Assembly: GCA_963575745.1 (NCBI GenBank)
Contig: CAUYUJ010000082.1
Location: forward strand, 1-64,000
Direction: 5' to 3'
Length of the DNA stretch: 64,000 nucleotides
Source of the DNA: Prorocentrum cordatum
Taxonomy: Eukaryota
How positions within the stretch are numbered: position 1 is the first letter of the stretch; every line of letters starts with the position of its first letter. This document shows, one piece after another, positions 34,665 to 48,657 of the stretch. A model generated the notes under the pieces. It did not search any database and had not been told where the DNA came from. It saw nothing but the letters and a program-made list of their open reading frames with translations. Position numbers and translations under genes: made by a program.

Positions 34665-36959
34665 GATCGTCACCGTCGTCATCATGAACATCACCATCGC
34701 CATCATTCCCCCCGCCAGGGCTAATGTACATCGTTTCTGGATACTTCTGGTCGGAATACGAAAGGAGTTTCTGTAGTTAGAGTCTCTGGGGGAAGTCGCG
34801 GGGAAGCTTTTGTTGTCTTTGGTGTTGCGTCGCCAGGAGGTCTGGGCTCCCTCCTCCTCGTGTTCCTACCTCCTCTCTGGACGTCCGATGTCGTGATGCT
34901 TTCTGTGCGCGGCCCCTGGACCTCTCGACGACTTCCTGGGGATGTGTTCTTTTTTCATCCTGAGTCGTTTTCTGACGGTCCCGGGACCCTGCGAGGGGCC
35001 CCGGAGGCCGAAAATTGACCGAAACCGCCGTCGTGATTTTTCCAAGACGTCGGAGGTCCAGGTCGTGCTTCCCGCCTCCCCAGACCTCCGACGTCGTAAT
35101 TTTTGCGACCTCGGGCCCAGGAATCGATTGGGAAAACGCACATGGGAAGGCAAGAAATGATGGACCCATCATTTCGTACCTGTGCCTTGATCAGTGGGAC
35201 GGGCTTCGCACCGCCGCACATCACAAGACACGCTCGAGCGGATCCAGCCGTGGCGACGTCGGGGACTGCAGAAGGTCGCAAGGACACGGAATCTGAAAGG
35301 AAGAAAGAGAAAGAGAGAGAAAGAGAGGGAGAGAGAGAGACAGACAGACAGAGAGCGAAGGAGAGAGAGAGAGAGAGATGGAGAGAGAGAGAGAGAGAAG
35401 AAGACAGAGAGAGAGAGAGGCAGAGAGAGGAAATGGAGAGGAGGCGAGCTTGAGTCAACGAAAGTCGCAGGGAAGGGGGCAGGGGGAAGAAGGCCAGAGA
35501 GCGCTGAAGGATACAAATACTGGAACCCTCTTGGGATTTTTTGGGGGGCCTCGTCCGGCCGCTCGCTGGGAGTTTGACGTAGCTTCTTGTGAGCCTCTGA
35601 ACCTGTCGGGGGCCTCCTGGAAGCAGGTTCGAAGCATTGTGGGGGCCGATTTGGGGCTTCTCGGGGCCTCCTTTGGGCCTCTTGGGGGTCTCCTGGGGCC
35701 TCTTGAGGGGCCTCCTGGGGGCCTCCTGGCGGCCTCTTGGGGCGGAAGGCTCGAGCTTGCGGTTCGTGGTCCCCCTCTGGGCCCCCTCTTGGGCCCGTCT
35801 TGGGGCCCTCTTGGGCCATCTTGGGCGCCTCTTGGGCCGTCTTGGGGCCCTCTTGGGCTGTCCTGGGGCCCTCTTGGAAGCTTCTTGGGCCGTCTTGGGG
35901 CGGTCTTGGGCGCCTCTTGGGCCGTCCTGTAACGTCGGAAAGCCCAAAAGACAACTTTGTTGAAAATGTACGTTTTACGAAGGGAATGGGCCAATTTTTG
36001 CGTCTAGGGGCCCTCTTGGGACGCATGTTGGAGGCTTCTTGGGGCCTCTTGGGGGCGTCCTTGGACGTCTGGAGGCCATCTTCAGCATCTCGGAGCCCTC
36101 TTGGAGGCCTCTTGGAAGTTTCTTGGGCCGTCTTGGGCGCTTCTGGGGCCGTCTTGTCTGACCGGGGAGGCCTCCGGCAAGCCCCGACGAGCCTCCGGGC
36201 CCCCCGGGGTGCACATTTGTGGTCGAGGTCCCGGCCCCGGGCCCCCGGACCCGGTGCGCCGTTATATGTATACAAGGGGGTGGAATAATGAACAGGGGGT
36301 GGGAAGGAGGATGAGGAGAAGGAGGAGGAAGATGAAGATGATGAGGAGGAGGAGCAGGACAAGACGGACACGAGGAAACCAGGAAAAGGAATGATGATGA
36401 GGAGGAGAACCAGTGTACATCCAAGACGCACCAACGATGTTGCAACACACCCTATCTCCAAATTTCTTTATCCATAGGTCACTACAGTAACGTATTTGAA
36501 TTGCGGAAGGTGGTCGATGCGAAGACAACAGCTTGCGAATCCGCAGTCGTGCCAAAGCACAACCCCTGAGGCTTCAGCTCCGCGAGTCAACGTGACTGCT
36601 GCGTCCCGACAATCGTAAACCGTGCCAGGGCACAGCTCCTGGGAGTTCAACGATACGAGTCCTTGGCACCGTTGCACACTTTCAAACGGATGTGCGCAGC
36701 GTTAAGGCGAGAGCCGCATTTTGCAAACCGTCTGCATTCTATTCGTGGAACTGTTGCAAGCTTTCAGAAAGAATTTGCGCGGTGCTAAGGCGATAATCAT
36801 ATTTTTGAAGAGGAATTGCCATCCATCATACGAATGTGCGCAGCGCTAAGGCGACAGCCACATTTTGGAAACCACCTGCCATTCACCCGTGGAGCGATTG
36901 CAACCTTTCAAAACAAATATGCGCGGCGCTAAGGCGAGAGTCACATTTTGGAAACGCTC

Positions 36960-37153
36960 AGCATGATGGTGCTGATGATGATGATGCTGCTGCTGAAATG
37001 GACTATTCTGATGTTGGAGATGAGCGTGTGTGGTGATGGTGATGATGATGGCGATGATAATGGTGATGATGATGGCGATTGTGACCGTGATGGTGATGGT
37101 GATGGTGACCGTGATGATGATGGTGGTGAGGGTGATGATGAGGATGGTGGTGA

Positions 37154-37242
<89 letters not shown>

Positions 37243-37243
37243 C

Positions 37244-37299
<56 letters not shown>

Positions 37300-37370
37300 T
37301 GATGGTGATGAGGGGGAGGTACAAGGAATATAATCGTCGTCGTCGTTTCGTCGTCGTCGTCGTCGTCGTC
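36960..37370. repeat. (GAT/GAC/GTC)n microsatellite
   Basis: Direct reading. Confidence 0.9.
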
Positions 37371-37384
37371 GGTCGCGCCCGCAG

Positions 37385-37438
37385 GCCCGGCGGCCAGGGG
37401 CCAGGTTCGCGGAGGTGTTGCTGTGGAGCTCGCGGGAG
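37385..37438 (+). CDS. WD40 host gene micro-exon ARRPGARFAEVLLWSSRE
   Basis: cccgcag|G acceptor, phase 0 matching the previous exon; supplies the terminal V.LW strand of the WD repeat; donor uncertain by about 1 nt. Confidence 0.65.
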
Positions 37439-37599
37439 GGCGATCGGCAGGCGTCCTCGCCGTCGCCCTCGTCCTCGCCCTCGCCGTCATCCTCGCCCTC
37501 GCCGTCGTCCTTGCCCTCGCCTCGTCCTCGCTCTCGCCCTCGTTCCCGCTGTCGAATATCAGTGTCTAGCGACTTGCGATTGTTGATCTATGAAAGCGG

Positions 37600-38070
37600 T
37601 TCTGTCGCTCCCGCCTCGACGCTGGCTACATGTTCCTTTGAGAGCAGGGCTCCCGCTCGAGCGTCGGCTTGGGCACAAATCTCGGTTTCTGAAGTCCCAA
37701 CTACGGCGACAATGGCTCCCGCTCGATACTTCCTCACGGTTTATTCCGAGACGCCCTGGCCAGAGAGGGCCCCAAGCTCAGGAAGGGCGCTCTCGCTCGA
37801 AACTTCCTTTCGCAACTCAGTCAAGTTGGGGACGCCCCAGCTACGACGTCAAGGGGTCCTGCATGATAGTCCTTCACATTTTACTTCGAGACGCCCTGGC
37901 CAGAGATCCCTCAAACTCAGTAATGGCACTCTCGCCCCAGACTTCCTCGCAATTCAGTCAAGTTGGTGACGTCACAGCTGCGACGACAACGGTTCCCGCT
38001 TGATAATTCCTCACATTTTGCTTCGAGACGCCTTGGCCAGAGAGACCTGCTTGAGATTTCCTCGCATCGC
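37600..38070. repeat. Diverged ~140-bp tandem repeat, about 3 copies
   Basis: cgagacgccctggccagaga near 37748, 37888 and 38024; cgcaa.tcagtcaagttgg.gacg twice. Confidence 0.75.
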
Positions 38071-41000
38071 AGATGAAATGGTGAATCGCCCGCGGGCACG
38101 TCAGCTCGCATGATCGCATCTAGAGCGCACTGCTGAATGCGTTCTCCAGGCGCTGGTACGAAAAGAAGCCCCCCCAAACAAAAAGGAGGTTGGTTCATAT
38201 AAATTTAGCGGGCGGGTACGAGGGAAAGGGAGAAACAAACTAAAGTAATATCAGCTTGTGGGATCATGTTCGCAATATGGTCGTCGTCGGTTTTGTCACC
38301 GTCATCATCAGCGTCAGCATCGTCGTCCTGGTTATCTTCGCGTCTCGTCCTCGTCTTCTCCCCCGTTCTCCTCTGTCTCTTCCTCCTCGTCCTCCTCCTC
38401 CTCCTCGTCCTCCCTCCCTTGCTCTCTATCTCTCTCTGTCTCTCGCTATCTAGCCTGGGCCCGAATCTCTTGATGACAGAGCGCGGCCATAGGTACAGAC
38501 CCCCAAGCGGTCCTTCCAGATCCTCATGGGCATGCTAGATGGGCGTAACCAATCTGAACCACCACCCCTCCATACCGCGCAGCCATGTCCTGCGCCGCCA
38601 CTCCGACTTCGTTCCGAACGGTGACCACCGCGTCGCCTACTACTTCAGCGACCCAAAGTGCCCGACTCTGGAGGGCGGCAGCTGCCGCGTGCCGTGCTTC
38701 GTCGGGACCGTCCAGGTTCCCCAGGGCCAACTGTGGTGCTGAGGGTGTGATGGTCATGCGCGCCTGCTTCCGTGGCTGCACCACGGAAGCGGACGACGCC
38801 CATCTCCGACGCTTGTCCTGGCTTGACGCCTTAGGCCACCGCTAGTGCTCGACGTACCACGCCGACGGCGTCTTCGTCCGACCCTGCATGGCGACGTCGT
38901 CTGTAGACTGACCGACGGTTTGTTGCCTCCTGGGGGCACCGTTCCCATGCTCCATGCTGCTTTTCGGCGCCGCTGCCATGAATGCCGTCTTCTACTGCCA
39001 TCCTCCGTTTGCCTCCTTCGGGTGTGCGCCATCAGGTGCATTGTCCGCGCGGGGTAAGGACCAGTCCATACGGGATATGTCTTGCATCGTCGTGTGGGGC
39101 CCCTGGATACGTCCCGTGTGTAAGCTGCGACCAGGGGCCCAGCTTCCTTTCGCAATGAGGCCTTCCCACCTTTCCCGCATTCGGGCTCCCACGGGGGTGA
39201 AAACCTCTTGTGTGCCGCTGAGTGGCATGGCCCCTGTCCCTCCCCTGTTCCTGCCTGGCCCCGCGCTTGCGGTGCCTTTTGGTGCCGCCGACGTGGGGTT
39301 GGGTGGAGCCCGGGACGGCCGTGTCTGCGCGGCCGCTGGTTCTCGGGTCCTGTCGCCCGCATGTTCGGGCGGGGAGGCTCTTGCACCCCCCTTCTGGGTG
39401 GGGCTGTTCGCACCGGTTGTCGCTCCACTCTGCCGCACGCTGCGCGAACACATGGCAGCATGTTCCGCAGGCCAGGAGCTGGGCCGCCGAGGGGGGTGCC
39501 CCAGAGAGGCGCCGTCTCTTCACAGGGCCCCGTGGCGCGCACGGCCAAGCGCGTTTGAAGCCAGCGCCTTTTCTGCTCGTGGGGGTGCAGTCGGCCCGGA
39601 TTAGTAGGTCGACCCTGCCAAATCGAGGGTACCCTCGTGTCCTGTGTCTTGCGACCCATGCCTCCTGCAGTTCTGTGGCAACGTGGCCCTCGGAAGGGTC
39701 TTGTGTCCTCTCGCGTGTCCTCTCCAATCAAGCCCGACTGTACAGGAGGGGCGAGTCTCGCCCTTCCCCTATCACCACTTCCAGTTTCTGTTTTCCGGCC
39801 GGGGTCCTTTCGACCGCACCAGGGGCGAGGCTAGCACCACCGCTGCCATTAGCATGCGGTGCCTCCCGCCCGAAGAGGTGGGCGCAGGGGGCGCCGGCAC
39901 CCCGCATGCCTGGACGGGTTTCGGCCCGCCGAATCGCTGCGATCCCTCTGTCGTACTCTCTCGCTTTCTCTCTCCCTCTCTCCCTCTCTCACTGCCTTGG
40001 TTGTTTACTAGTGTTTGTTGTTTTTCGTGTTATGCGTTGTCATTTTTGTAGTTGACTTCGGATCAGTGTACTCTCTCTGTATATATATATATAGATATAT
40101 ATCCCCCCTCTGCTGCCCAGGGTACCGTTTTCAGTGTTGGCTGGATATGTGGGCTGCTCAGCCGTCTCCATGCTCCAATGTTCACTGTCCACGTTGCAGG
40201 CGCGAGTTCGCTGTTGGCATCCATTTCTTTTCTTCTTTCCTCCTTGCCCGCCTTCTCCCTATTCTGATTCGTGGTGCCAGTTTGTTGGTCCAGGCTGGCT
40301 GGACATTTTCGAGGCCGATGAGGGCCTTCCTGCCCACTTGCATTGCGACAGCATGCAGGTGTCCCCCTCTTCCTTCACCCCTCATCTGCTCCTCTCCTTC
40401 CCCACTTGCTCACTCTTTCTCCCAACTGGTGCTGTGGCACTGCGTGCGTGCGGGTCGATGCCGTTTTCCTCGCCTGGCATTGTCGGACTCTGTATGCCCC
40501 CGCCCAAGTTTTCTTGGGTCCGCCTTAAGCTTGCGCAGTGCTTTCGGCGGGATTTGGCTTTCGCATGGCCGCCCCTTTCGGTTATGTTTCATATAGACTC
40601 TGACGCGTGCTTCGCGCCCAGATTTAGTACCATCCGTGCTCATGGGCCTGCTGTGCGCTTCGAATTAGGTATTGTGAGCTTCTCCGTTTTACTTCCTCCT
40701 TTCTCCCGCCCTCTTGGTTCTGCCTCCTCCTTCCCCTTCTCTGCTGGTTCCTCAGTTGTGGCATGTCTGGAATTCGGGGTGTATTCCGACATCGTGTTAT
40801 GCTCAGAACTGTGCTGTGGCTCCTGGTTGCTGTTGTGTACTGCAAATTTTTATGAATGGGCGTCCAGATCATGGGGTGTGGCATTCACAACCCTTTAACG
40901 CATTCATCCTTTCCTCCTCGACCCCAATGCTTCTCCGTTCTCCTCCGTTCCGCTGTGTGCGATTTGAGTTGGCGGCTGGTTAGGCCGCATGGGGATGTCC

Positions 41001-42920
41001 ACGCAGCAGGGACGGACCTAGTTATGTCGCGCTCATCCAGTTTTGCTTTCGTTCGGCGCTTCCGTGGTTTGCCCGGGTACCCGTTTGGAGTGCACGCGAA
41101 TTAGCAGATCTTGTTCGCTCTTCGTCCCCTCAGCTTTCTTTTTTCTCCTCCCAAATTGCGCTGATACGCACACATATAGATGTATGTATATGTGTGTATA
41201 TGTGTATATCTATATATATATATATATATATATATATCTCACGCTCTCTCCTTCTCCTCTCACCACGCTCCAGTTGTTGATCACCGAACAATGTCCGTGC
41301 GCAGCTTCAGCCGGCGGGGCTTGTAAAGACTCCCGTGGGGGGAAACGCACTGCCCAACAGGCTGTTCGCAAGCGCCACAATGCCGATTCCAACAACGAGG
41401 CCAAACGTGAACAGGATAAGGCTTTGTTTTATGTGGTGAGGGCCATATTCGAAAACCAGGCCGCCACCGTGGCGATCCGAAAACACACCCAGCAGTTTGG
41501 CCGCAACGGTTCGGTTGCAAGTAAAAGAGAACTCACGGCGGTTTTCGGCATCTCACCAGCCAGCGCCACCAGAGTCCTCACAGTTTTCGGGTGCGGACAG
41601 GGTCACCTACGAGCGCAACCGCCGAAACACCTCCCTACTCACACACACGTTGGCGTCACCATGCTTTAGCACCAGGTGCGAGATCGATGCCACGATTGAG
41701 GCCGCAATGGCCGCCTGGCTCGCCCAGCAGTCTGGCCCCCCCGCCGCCGCGAAGCACGTCGCGCCCGGACTCCATCGGCTGAGGCTGCAGCGCCTGACCC
41801 AGCGCGCCAAGCTGGTCCCGACCGTGAGGGCGGCCCACAGCATGCCCTTTTCTGCCAGTTCCGTGAATTCGGCAGCGAAGGCGAAAACATGGACGGCCTC
41901 GAAGACGACTTGGGCAGACCAACGCCGTGAGGGACATCGCCTCCACGGCGTGTGCGAAGCTCCTCCTGGATCTCAGAGAACCCAACAGCACCACTCTCGG
42001 CATCGCCTGCACAAGCCTGGAGGAAAGGCACCGAGAGTTCACGACATCCATCCAGATCCTGCGGTGTCAGGCTGAGGACCTCTCGAGCCAGCAACGAAGC
42101 CTGTCACAGAGCAGCAGCGCGCTCGGCGCCCCAGCGTGCAGCAGCTCCTCCAGCAGCTCTGCGTTGCAGAGGCGCCTGCGCCCCCGACGCCTCCAGGTGA
42201 TGAGCGGCCCCCGCCGGAGATCGTCGAGGACCTCGAAGCAGCTGCCCGGGCAGCCCCAGGCGGCCCGGGCGGCCCCACCCGCCGCCGGCCTTCGGTCGGC
42301 GCCCACGGCTCCGCCGCGGGATCGCACTGAGTCACCGAGCGCGTTCCACTGCTGAGGTTCTCCGCTCGCGCACAGCACGGCTCCCCTGCGAGCACGCCGC
42401 GCCCCCGCCCACTTGGCCGCCACGCGCGCGGCCGCCTGATGCCCAGGGATCGCCCTCCGCCGGCGCAGCCGTGCTCCTCTCCAACGTCAAGTGGCGAGGC
42501 GCTCGCCCGGCCCGCGGGCGCCACCGGGACGCTCGCTGTGGCACTCAGGCCGCCGTGGCGGCCGAGGTGTGCAGGCCGACCGACCTCGCGGCCGCCCTCC
42601 CCGGCCACGGGCTCCTCGCTGCTCACGCTGCCGCGTCCAGCAGCGGGTCGAGCCAACCGTCCGACCCCTGGCGCCCTGGCGTGTGTCCACCCGTGCTTTG
42701 GCGCACGGATCGTCCTGCCCAGCACGCAGGTTAGGCCCTCCCCCCCCCGCGCGCAGGGTGCCTCACGGCGGTGTCCACCTGGGCCGAAGGGGCGCCCTGC
42801 CACGGCGCTATTCCGCCCTTGGTCATCTGCCACTGGGCTTCCCAGTGGTCTAGAGCTGCCTGGCGCTCTGGGCGCAAAGCTGCCAAACAGTCGTGCGTAT
42901 TCTCGCGCGCCTATCAGCCA

Positions 42921-43077
42921 CGCGCAGAGGGGGTGGGGGGGAGGGGGGGGGGGCTTCTTAGAAGCACCCCTGCTTCTTAGAAGGCGCGGGCCTCATCTAT
43001 AGATGTAGGGCCGTCGCCTTCTAAGAAGCAGCCTCCTTCTAAGAAGCCCTCCCCCTTTTCTCCACCCCCTTGTGCGC
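42921..43077. repeat. Inverted repeat centred on palindrome catctatagatg (42994-43005), with four cttcttagaag/cttctaagaag boxes
   Basis: gggcttcttagaag..ctgcttcttagaaggcg pairs with cgccttctaagaagcag..cttctaagaagccc. Confidence 0.88.
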
Positions 43078-43324
43078 ACCGCCAAGCCTAGGGTCTCCTC
43101 AGCCTCACTCGCCCTAATTCGCTGCGGGCCCCCGGTACAAGGGCGGGGAGGGGGGCGGGCGGGTCGCTAGGCGTCGCCCGGCGCCAGGGCGGTGGACCGT
43201 CGGAATCGGTGCGCGCTCTCTCTCCCTCTCTCTTTCTCTCATTCTCCGTTTGTTTTTGTATATATATATATATATGTGCATATGGACTTACCAACGTTCC
43301 CAGTTTTTTTTTGTTCCTTCTCTC

Positions 43325-43372
<48 letters not shown>

Positions 43373-43748
43373 TGTGTCTCTATGTCCTCAACTCCACCTT
43401 CACCTATGCGTCCAAGTCCTCCCCCGCGCCCAAATTGCCGTCGCAGTGCATGGCAAGAACGACAAGGGAGGCAGGGAGGGGGGAGGGCGGTCGGAGGGAG
43501 GTAGACGAGGAGGAGGGACGTGCGGGCGGGGGGTGGGCAACGCAGAGGAGGAGGAGGAGGAGAAGGAGGAGGACGTGGAGAAAGAGATAACAGCGACAAG
43601 GCAGAAGCTGGAGGGGGGGATAAGTAGGAGGAGTCTGGTGACAAGGGAGCAGAAGGATTGCTAGGATATCGAGGAGGAGGACGAATTGGAGGAGGAGGGA
43701 TAGGAATGTCAAGGAGGATGAAGAGGGGGAGGATCAGTCCCCAGAGAG

Positions 43749-43787
43749 GTGTGCACCGTCTTTGCGTTCCACCAGGCAGACGTGGAG
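43749..43787 (+). CDS. WD40 host gene micro-exon VCTVFAFHQADVE
   Basis: AG|G acceptor, GAG|GC donor; C...F..H...VE start of the next WD repeat. Confidence 0.6.
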
Positions 43788-43869
43788 GCTGCGCGCCACT
43801 GGGGGCTGCTGCTGCTGTGGCCACGTCCCTCCCTCGCTCCCTTCGTTCCTGCTGCTGATATGGCTACTG

Positions 43870-43900
43870 ACTCCTCCTCCTCCTCCTCATCAGCATCAGC

Positions 43901-43953
<53 letters not shown>

Positions 43954-44274
43954 GCATCAGCATCAGCATCAGCATCAGCATCATCATCATCACTATTATT
44001 ATCATCACCATCATCATCGTCATCATCATCAGCATCATTATTATCCTCATCATCATCATTCTCCTCATCATCATCACCATCCTCCTCACCCTCCTCCTCA
44101 TCCTCCTCATCATCATCGTCGTCATCATCACCATCATCATCATCAGCATCATCATCATCATTACTATTATTATCATCATCGCTATCATCATCATCGTCAT
44201 CATCATCAACATCATTATCATCCTCCTCATCATCCTCATCATCATCACCATCCTCCTCACCCTCCTCATCATCC

Positions 44275-44320
<46 letters not shown>

Positions 44321-44356
44321 AACTATCATCAACATCATCAACATCATCATCATCAG

Positions 44357-44437
<81 letters not shown>

Positions 44438-44530
44438 AATCATAATCATCATCAACGTCATCATAATCATCATCACCACCTCCTTCCCCCATTCCTCCGC
44501 CTCACCCTCCTCCTCCTCCTCACCCTCCTG
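43870..44530. repeat. (ATC/CTC)n microsatellite
   Basis: Direct reading. Confidence 0.95.
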
Positions 44531-45084
44531 ACGTCGTCTTCCATTCCCCTTTCCTCATCCTCTTCCTACTCGAAAGGGAGGGCTGTCCCCCCTTCCTACT
44601 GCCTTGCCTGTTTCTCACCCAGCCTGTCGCTGCTGTTCTGGCCCTGGGGTACGGGAGCCTGCAGTGCTCCTGTGCCACTGTGTCTCGAGAGCCCTGGGAG
44701 AAGCACGCAGAGAAGAGGCATCCAGCTACTGTGTCGCTGGTGCCGAGCGGGGATGCAGTGGGGAACAACCCCCCCGAGGTAATGCAGTGGAGAGCATGAC
44801 GACTGGGACGCCATCAATCCGAAGCACCACACCTCGGGACCCACCCCTTCGCTTACCTACTCAGACCCGCCGGCCGGGTAGGGTGGGATCCCGATGCGCA
44901 CTCCTCTAGACGATCGTGCAATTGGCGGTGCTCAGTACAGTGACCAAACGACGTGCGAAGAGCATTCGCGTGACTGTGTCGCGGGATGTTCCGAGTACCG
45001 TGAGCATTACAGTGACACGACAAAAGAGACGCCCAATACGCCGACGAGGAGAAACACATTTGGGGCAAATGTCCTCGGTGACTC

Positions 45085-46410
45085 ATGCAATGCCGCTTCA
45101 GGATCCCCGGCCTCCAGCACCTCTACGACATGTGGAGGGAGCTACATTCCGGATGGAAAACCATCGGAGTAGGCATGTTCGCCATCGCAAGCTGCATCGC
45201 CTGCATGGACGCAGGTGGTGGCAGCGGCAATGTGCGCTACATCCGCGCTTGGGGGCTCGAGCGCCCGGCTCGCGTGCGTTTCCAGAAATGCGTGTGCGAG
45301 GTGGTGATCTGGTCAGTGGCGAACTCTGACCTCGACGATTTTCGCCAGGCGGTCTACGCCTTACCAACATGGCGCGTAAGAGCGTGGACGAATGACCGTC
45401 GGTCGTCCTGATCCAGGGAGGTTTCATCAACGGCAACCCAGTGCCACCGATAGCCTTCCTTGTGCACAGCTTGGCAGAGCGATGGGACCAGCTGGACGAG
45501 GAGGATCGCACAGTATCGGCTCTGATGAACTTCAGCCGGCTGCCGCCGGAGTGCATCGGCAATTCCCTAACGAGGTCCGATATTTTCCGCAACCTGGCGC
45601 AGCAAACTTATCAACGCATGATCGGCTACAAGGGGCTCAGCTTCCTCCTGCTGCGCGCCGTTGGCGTGTCGAGCGCTCAACTCACCATGCTCCTGCAGCG
45701 CTGTGACGTGCCCTTTTCCGCGGACGCTCAGCAGCTCACCATGTGATGGGTCAGCTGAGATGCTTTGTGCACATGATAGAGGGATTGCCAGGCAAACTCG
45801 CCTCGGCGGTCCACTTTGCCCAACAGCATGCGTTCCTCATGGTTGGGCTGGGGCGGCGTGGGTCCTGTTGCATTGAGGTCGGCACCGCGCCCCCCCGTGC
45901 CAGCCGAGGCCGTGTCCGGAGGCTGTGCCTCTAGCGCGGCACCGCTGGCGCAGGGGGCATGCCCGGCAGCGGAGATCGGCTCAGGCACCGACGCCGACGC
46001 CGCCAGCTCACGCGGCGAGGACATAGCCGCCGACGACCCTGAGCTACGCGACATTCCCGTGGTTAGCGTGGTGCGCACCTCTGCCGGGCTTGCGAGCGCG
46101 CCGAAGCATGCTATGCTATGCTGGCTCAGCTTCGACAGCCGAGGGCCCGCGCGCCGCGTTTGGGAGGTCATCGAGCGGAAGGGCAAGGACAAGGGTAAAA
46201 GCTACCGCGCTTTCCTAGCCGCCCTGTCCGAGAAGAACCTCCAGGAGACCTTCGCGGGTTTCGGGATGGGGAAAGGTAAGGGGAGAGGGAAGTTCAGGAC
46301 TGCGGGCATGGGTTCGGGCCGCCGAGGCAACCCCGTGGGCCCTGGCGGGGTGCGTCTCAACTTCCGCGAGTGCGACCACGAGGAGCACCTCGTGCGCGAA
46401 TGCCCCCGGC
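45085..46410 (+). pseudogene. gag remnant with CCHC-like knuckle
   Basis: VVIWSVANSDLDDFRQA; LAERWDQLDEE; GKG-rich stretch, then (F)RECDHEEHLVRECP. Confidence 0.6.
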
Positions 46411-47549
46411 GCCGCCGGCGAGGGCGCGCTCTCTTCCTCGACGCCTGCGCCCCAGCGAGGCCATCGGCGCCATCATCCTCGCCATTTTCTTTCCTGGGAC
46501 AACGAGTGCTGCCGGGGCCGCCGAGCAGCGGCCCGTGCCAGAACCATGCGCGGTCTGGATGACTAGGGGCACCTCCTGGACTCCTCGGTCTGTGGCCAGG
46601 CGTGCCGGAAACGGCGATGCACTGCAGAGCGCTGACCCTTGCGGCGGGCAGCCGACTCCAGCTGCGCCAGCGCCGCGGCCATCGGCGCCAGCAGCTACTC
46701 CGAGTTCTTCGTCGTGCGGCTCGTGGCAACCCGTTGGCCGCGACCATTGGTCAACTTTGCTGGGGGCGTCGTCGTCGTCCTCGTCCTTGCCGCGCGTTGC
46801 CGAAGTGCGTGGAATTGCAGATCTCATGGGCCTTGGGCAAGCCTTTGTAGCGCTGGCGGTTCTGGTGACTGTGTCGCCGGGCCGTCGGGCAGCAGAGGGG
46901 GGGGGGCCGCCGCCGGCCACGCCAGCTTCGGGGGCGCCAACAACGCCGGCAGCTCCAGCTGCCTCAGAGGCACCACCACCACCACAGCATCAGTATACCA
47001 CAAGTGTGGACACAAGTGGGCGGTGCGACTGGGTCTGCGACCTTGGCGCGCGAGTCGCCGCGCCCCCGACCCAGTCTGCCGACGTGCAGTTGCCGAGCTG
47101 GGCTTGCGTGCCTTCAGTCTCCGTCCTCGGTATCAGCGCGCCATGTGGATCGAGCTCCATGTGGCCGCCGCAGTCCGCGCTGGCTGCTGCGTCACCGCCA
47201 CTGCCCGAGTCTCCCCAGGACTTGGCTCTTCAATCAGAACAGCCCCGTCGACGTGCGCCAAACGTCCGGGAGAGTGGCCATGTGGTTCGCTGGCCGCGAC
47301 GCCTGGATGTCCGGCGGCGGCCGATCCGAGCACGACGTACACGCCGCCCTCGACTATGCGCGACGACGGCACTTCGACGATCTCCACAACGTGCAGCAGG
47401 CGCTCAAGCTCGCGCGGCAGCAAGATGAGCAACGACGCCAGGCCGCACAGAGCTGGACGGAGACACCTGTTGATCCTTCTCCTGTGCCAGCCGCTGCGCC
47501 GACTGCTCCGCCTCCCTCAGTGGCGACGTTCAGTGGCGACGATAGGGAG

Positions 47550-47680
47550 TGCCCCATCTGCTTCGAGGCCTTCCAGCGCGGCGACTGGGTGGTGCGCCTG
47601 CAGTGCCGCCACATCTTGCGCCAATCATGCCATCTGCAGCCTCTGCAGAGCACAGACGCCCGCTTGGTGCGCTGTCTGGC
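47550..47680 (+). pseudogene. RING-finger remnant
   Basis: CPICFEAFQRGDWVVRLQCRHILRQSC...RC. Confidence 0.7.
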
Positions 47681-48099
47681 GCGCCGCGGACCGGCCGACA
47701 TCATCGCCGAGTTCTGCATCATTGGTGTGGATTATGTATCGACGGTTCTGGTGCTTGTGGCATTGGCCCGCGCGGCAGCAGTCAGTGTGCCCGCGGTTCT
47801 GGCAGATGCGTTGCCGGCCCGCGCAGCGTCGGGCAGGGGCGTGCAGATAGAGATCGCGCCACAGCAGGACCTTCTGCAGCCTCCCCGCCGTTCCCTGACC
47901 CCAGGGTGCCTGGGCCAGACCTCATGCGGTCACTAGGCAGTGCGTCCAGCTTCTCGTCCGCAGTGGGCGCGGCGGTGCCCTGCGACGCCCGGCTAGACAT
48001 GCGCGTGCCGGCCCACGGGCCGACGTTTCCGTGGTGGCCAGGCTCGTCGGGTACAGGCTCGAGTCCATCGAACGACTACCTGGCGGGCACCGACCTGCC

Positions 48100-48545
48100 A
48101 AGTGGTCGTCGTCGAGACTGGCGCCTGGACCAACCGCTAGGGATTGCGTGCCGCCATGCATGTGGCGCGCAAGGCCCAGCAAGCCAAAATGCAGCCCTCC
48201 GAGGAGAAGTTGTCGTCTCCACTTTGCGTAGCAGGAGTCGGCAACGGGTCGCAGGTGGCGAACTGCGAGGTCCACTGCCCCGTCGCAGCGACTTCCTTCG
48301 ACAGCGTGGCCAGTCGGCGCAGCGTGCGCGCCCCGGCCGTGGAGGGCGCAGGAGCTGTCTTCCTTGCCTCACCTTAGTCTGCAATCCATGCAGTCCAACA
48401 GCGGGGTGGTAGAGACCGGCGCGGGCCACGAGCGCCTCGCGTTTCTCGAGCTAGGCGGCTGCGAGATCGCATGGGGCTGCCGCGCCATCCATGTCGACCT
48501 CGTGTCGACGCCGAGTGGGCATGTGTGCATCTTGGTTGACGACTG
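48100..48545 (+). pseudogene. Aspartic protease remnant
   Basis: VVETGAW (DTGA-like), VAGVGNG, STPSGHVCILVDD. Confidence 0.5.
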
Positions 48546-48657
48546 CGACGAGCTCAAGCCGCACTCCGCGGGCCTTCCGCCCAAGCAGCTCGCGCTGCTG
48601 GCGGTGGGCAGCGACGACCAGGATTCCGACGCCACCGACGGCCGCGAGTTCCAGAAG

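Noticed and set aside
34955..36461. 330-430-aa Pro/Arg-rich ORFs
   Set aside because: Translate the degenerate ggcctcttgg repeat family and a GA microsatellite
38460..41150. ORFs of 200-325 aa
   Set aside because: No recognisable motifs; mutually overlapping on both strands
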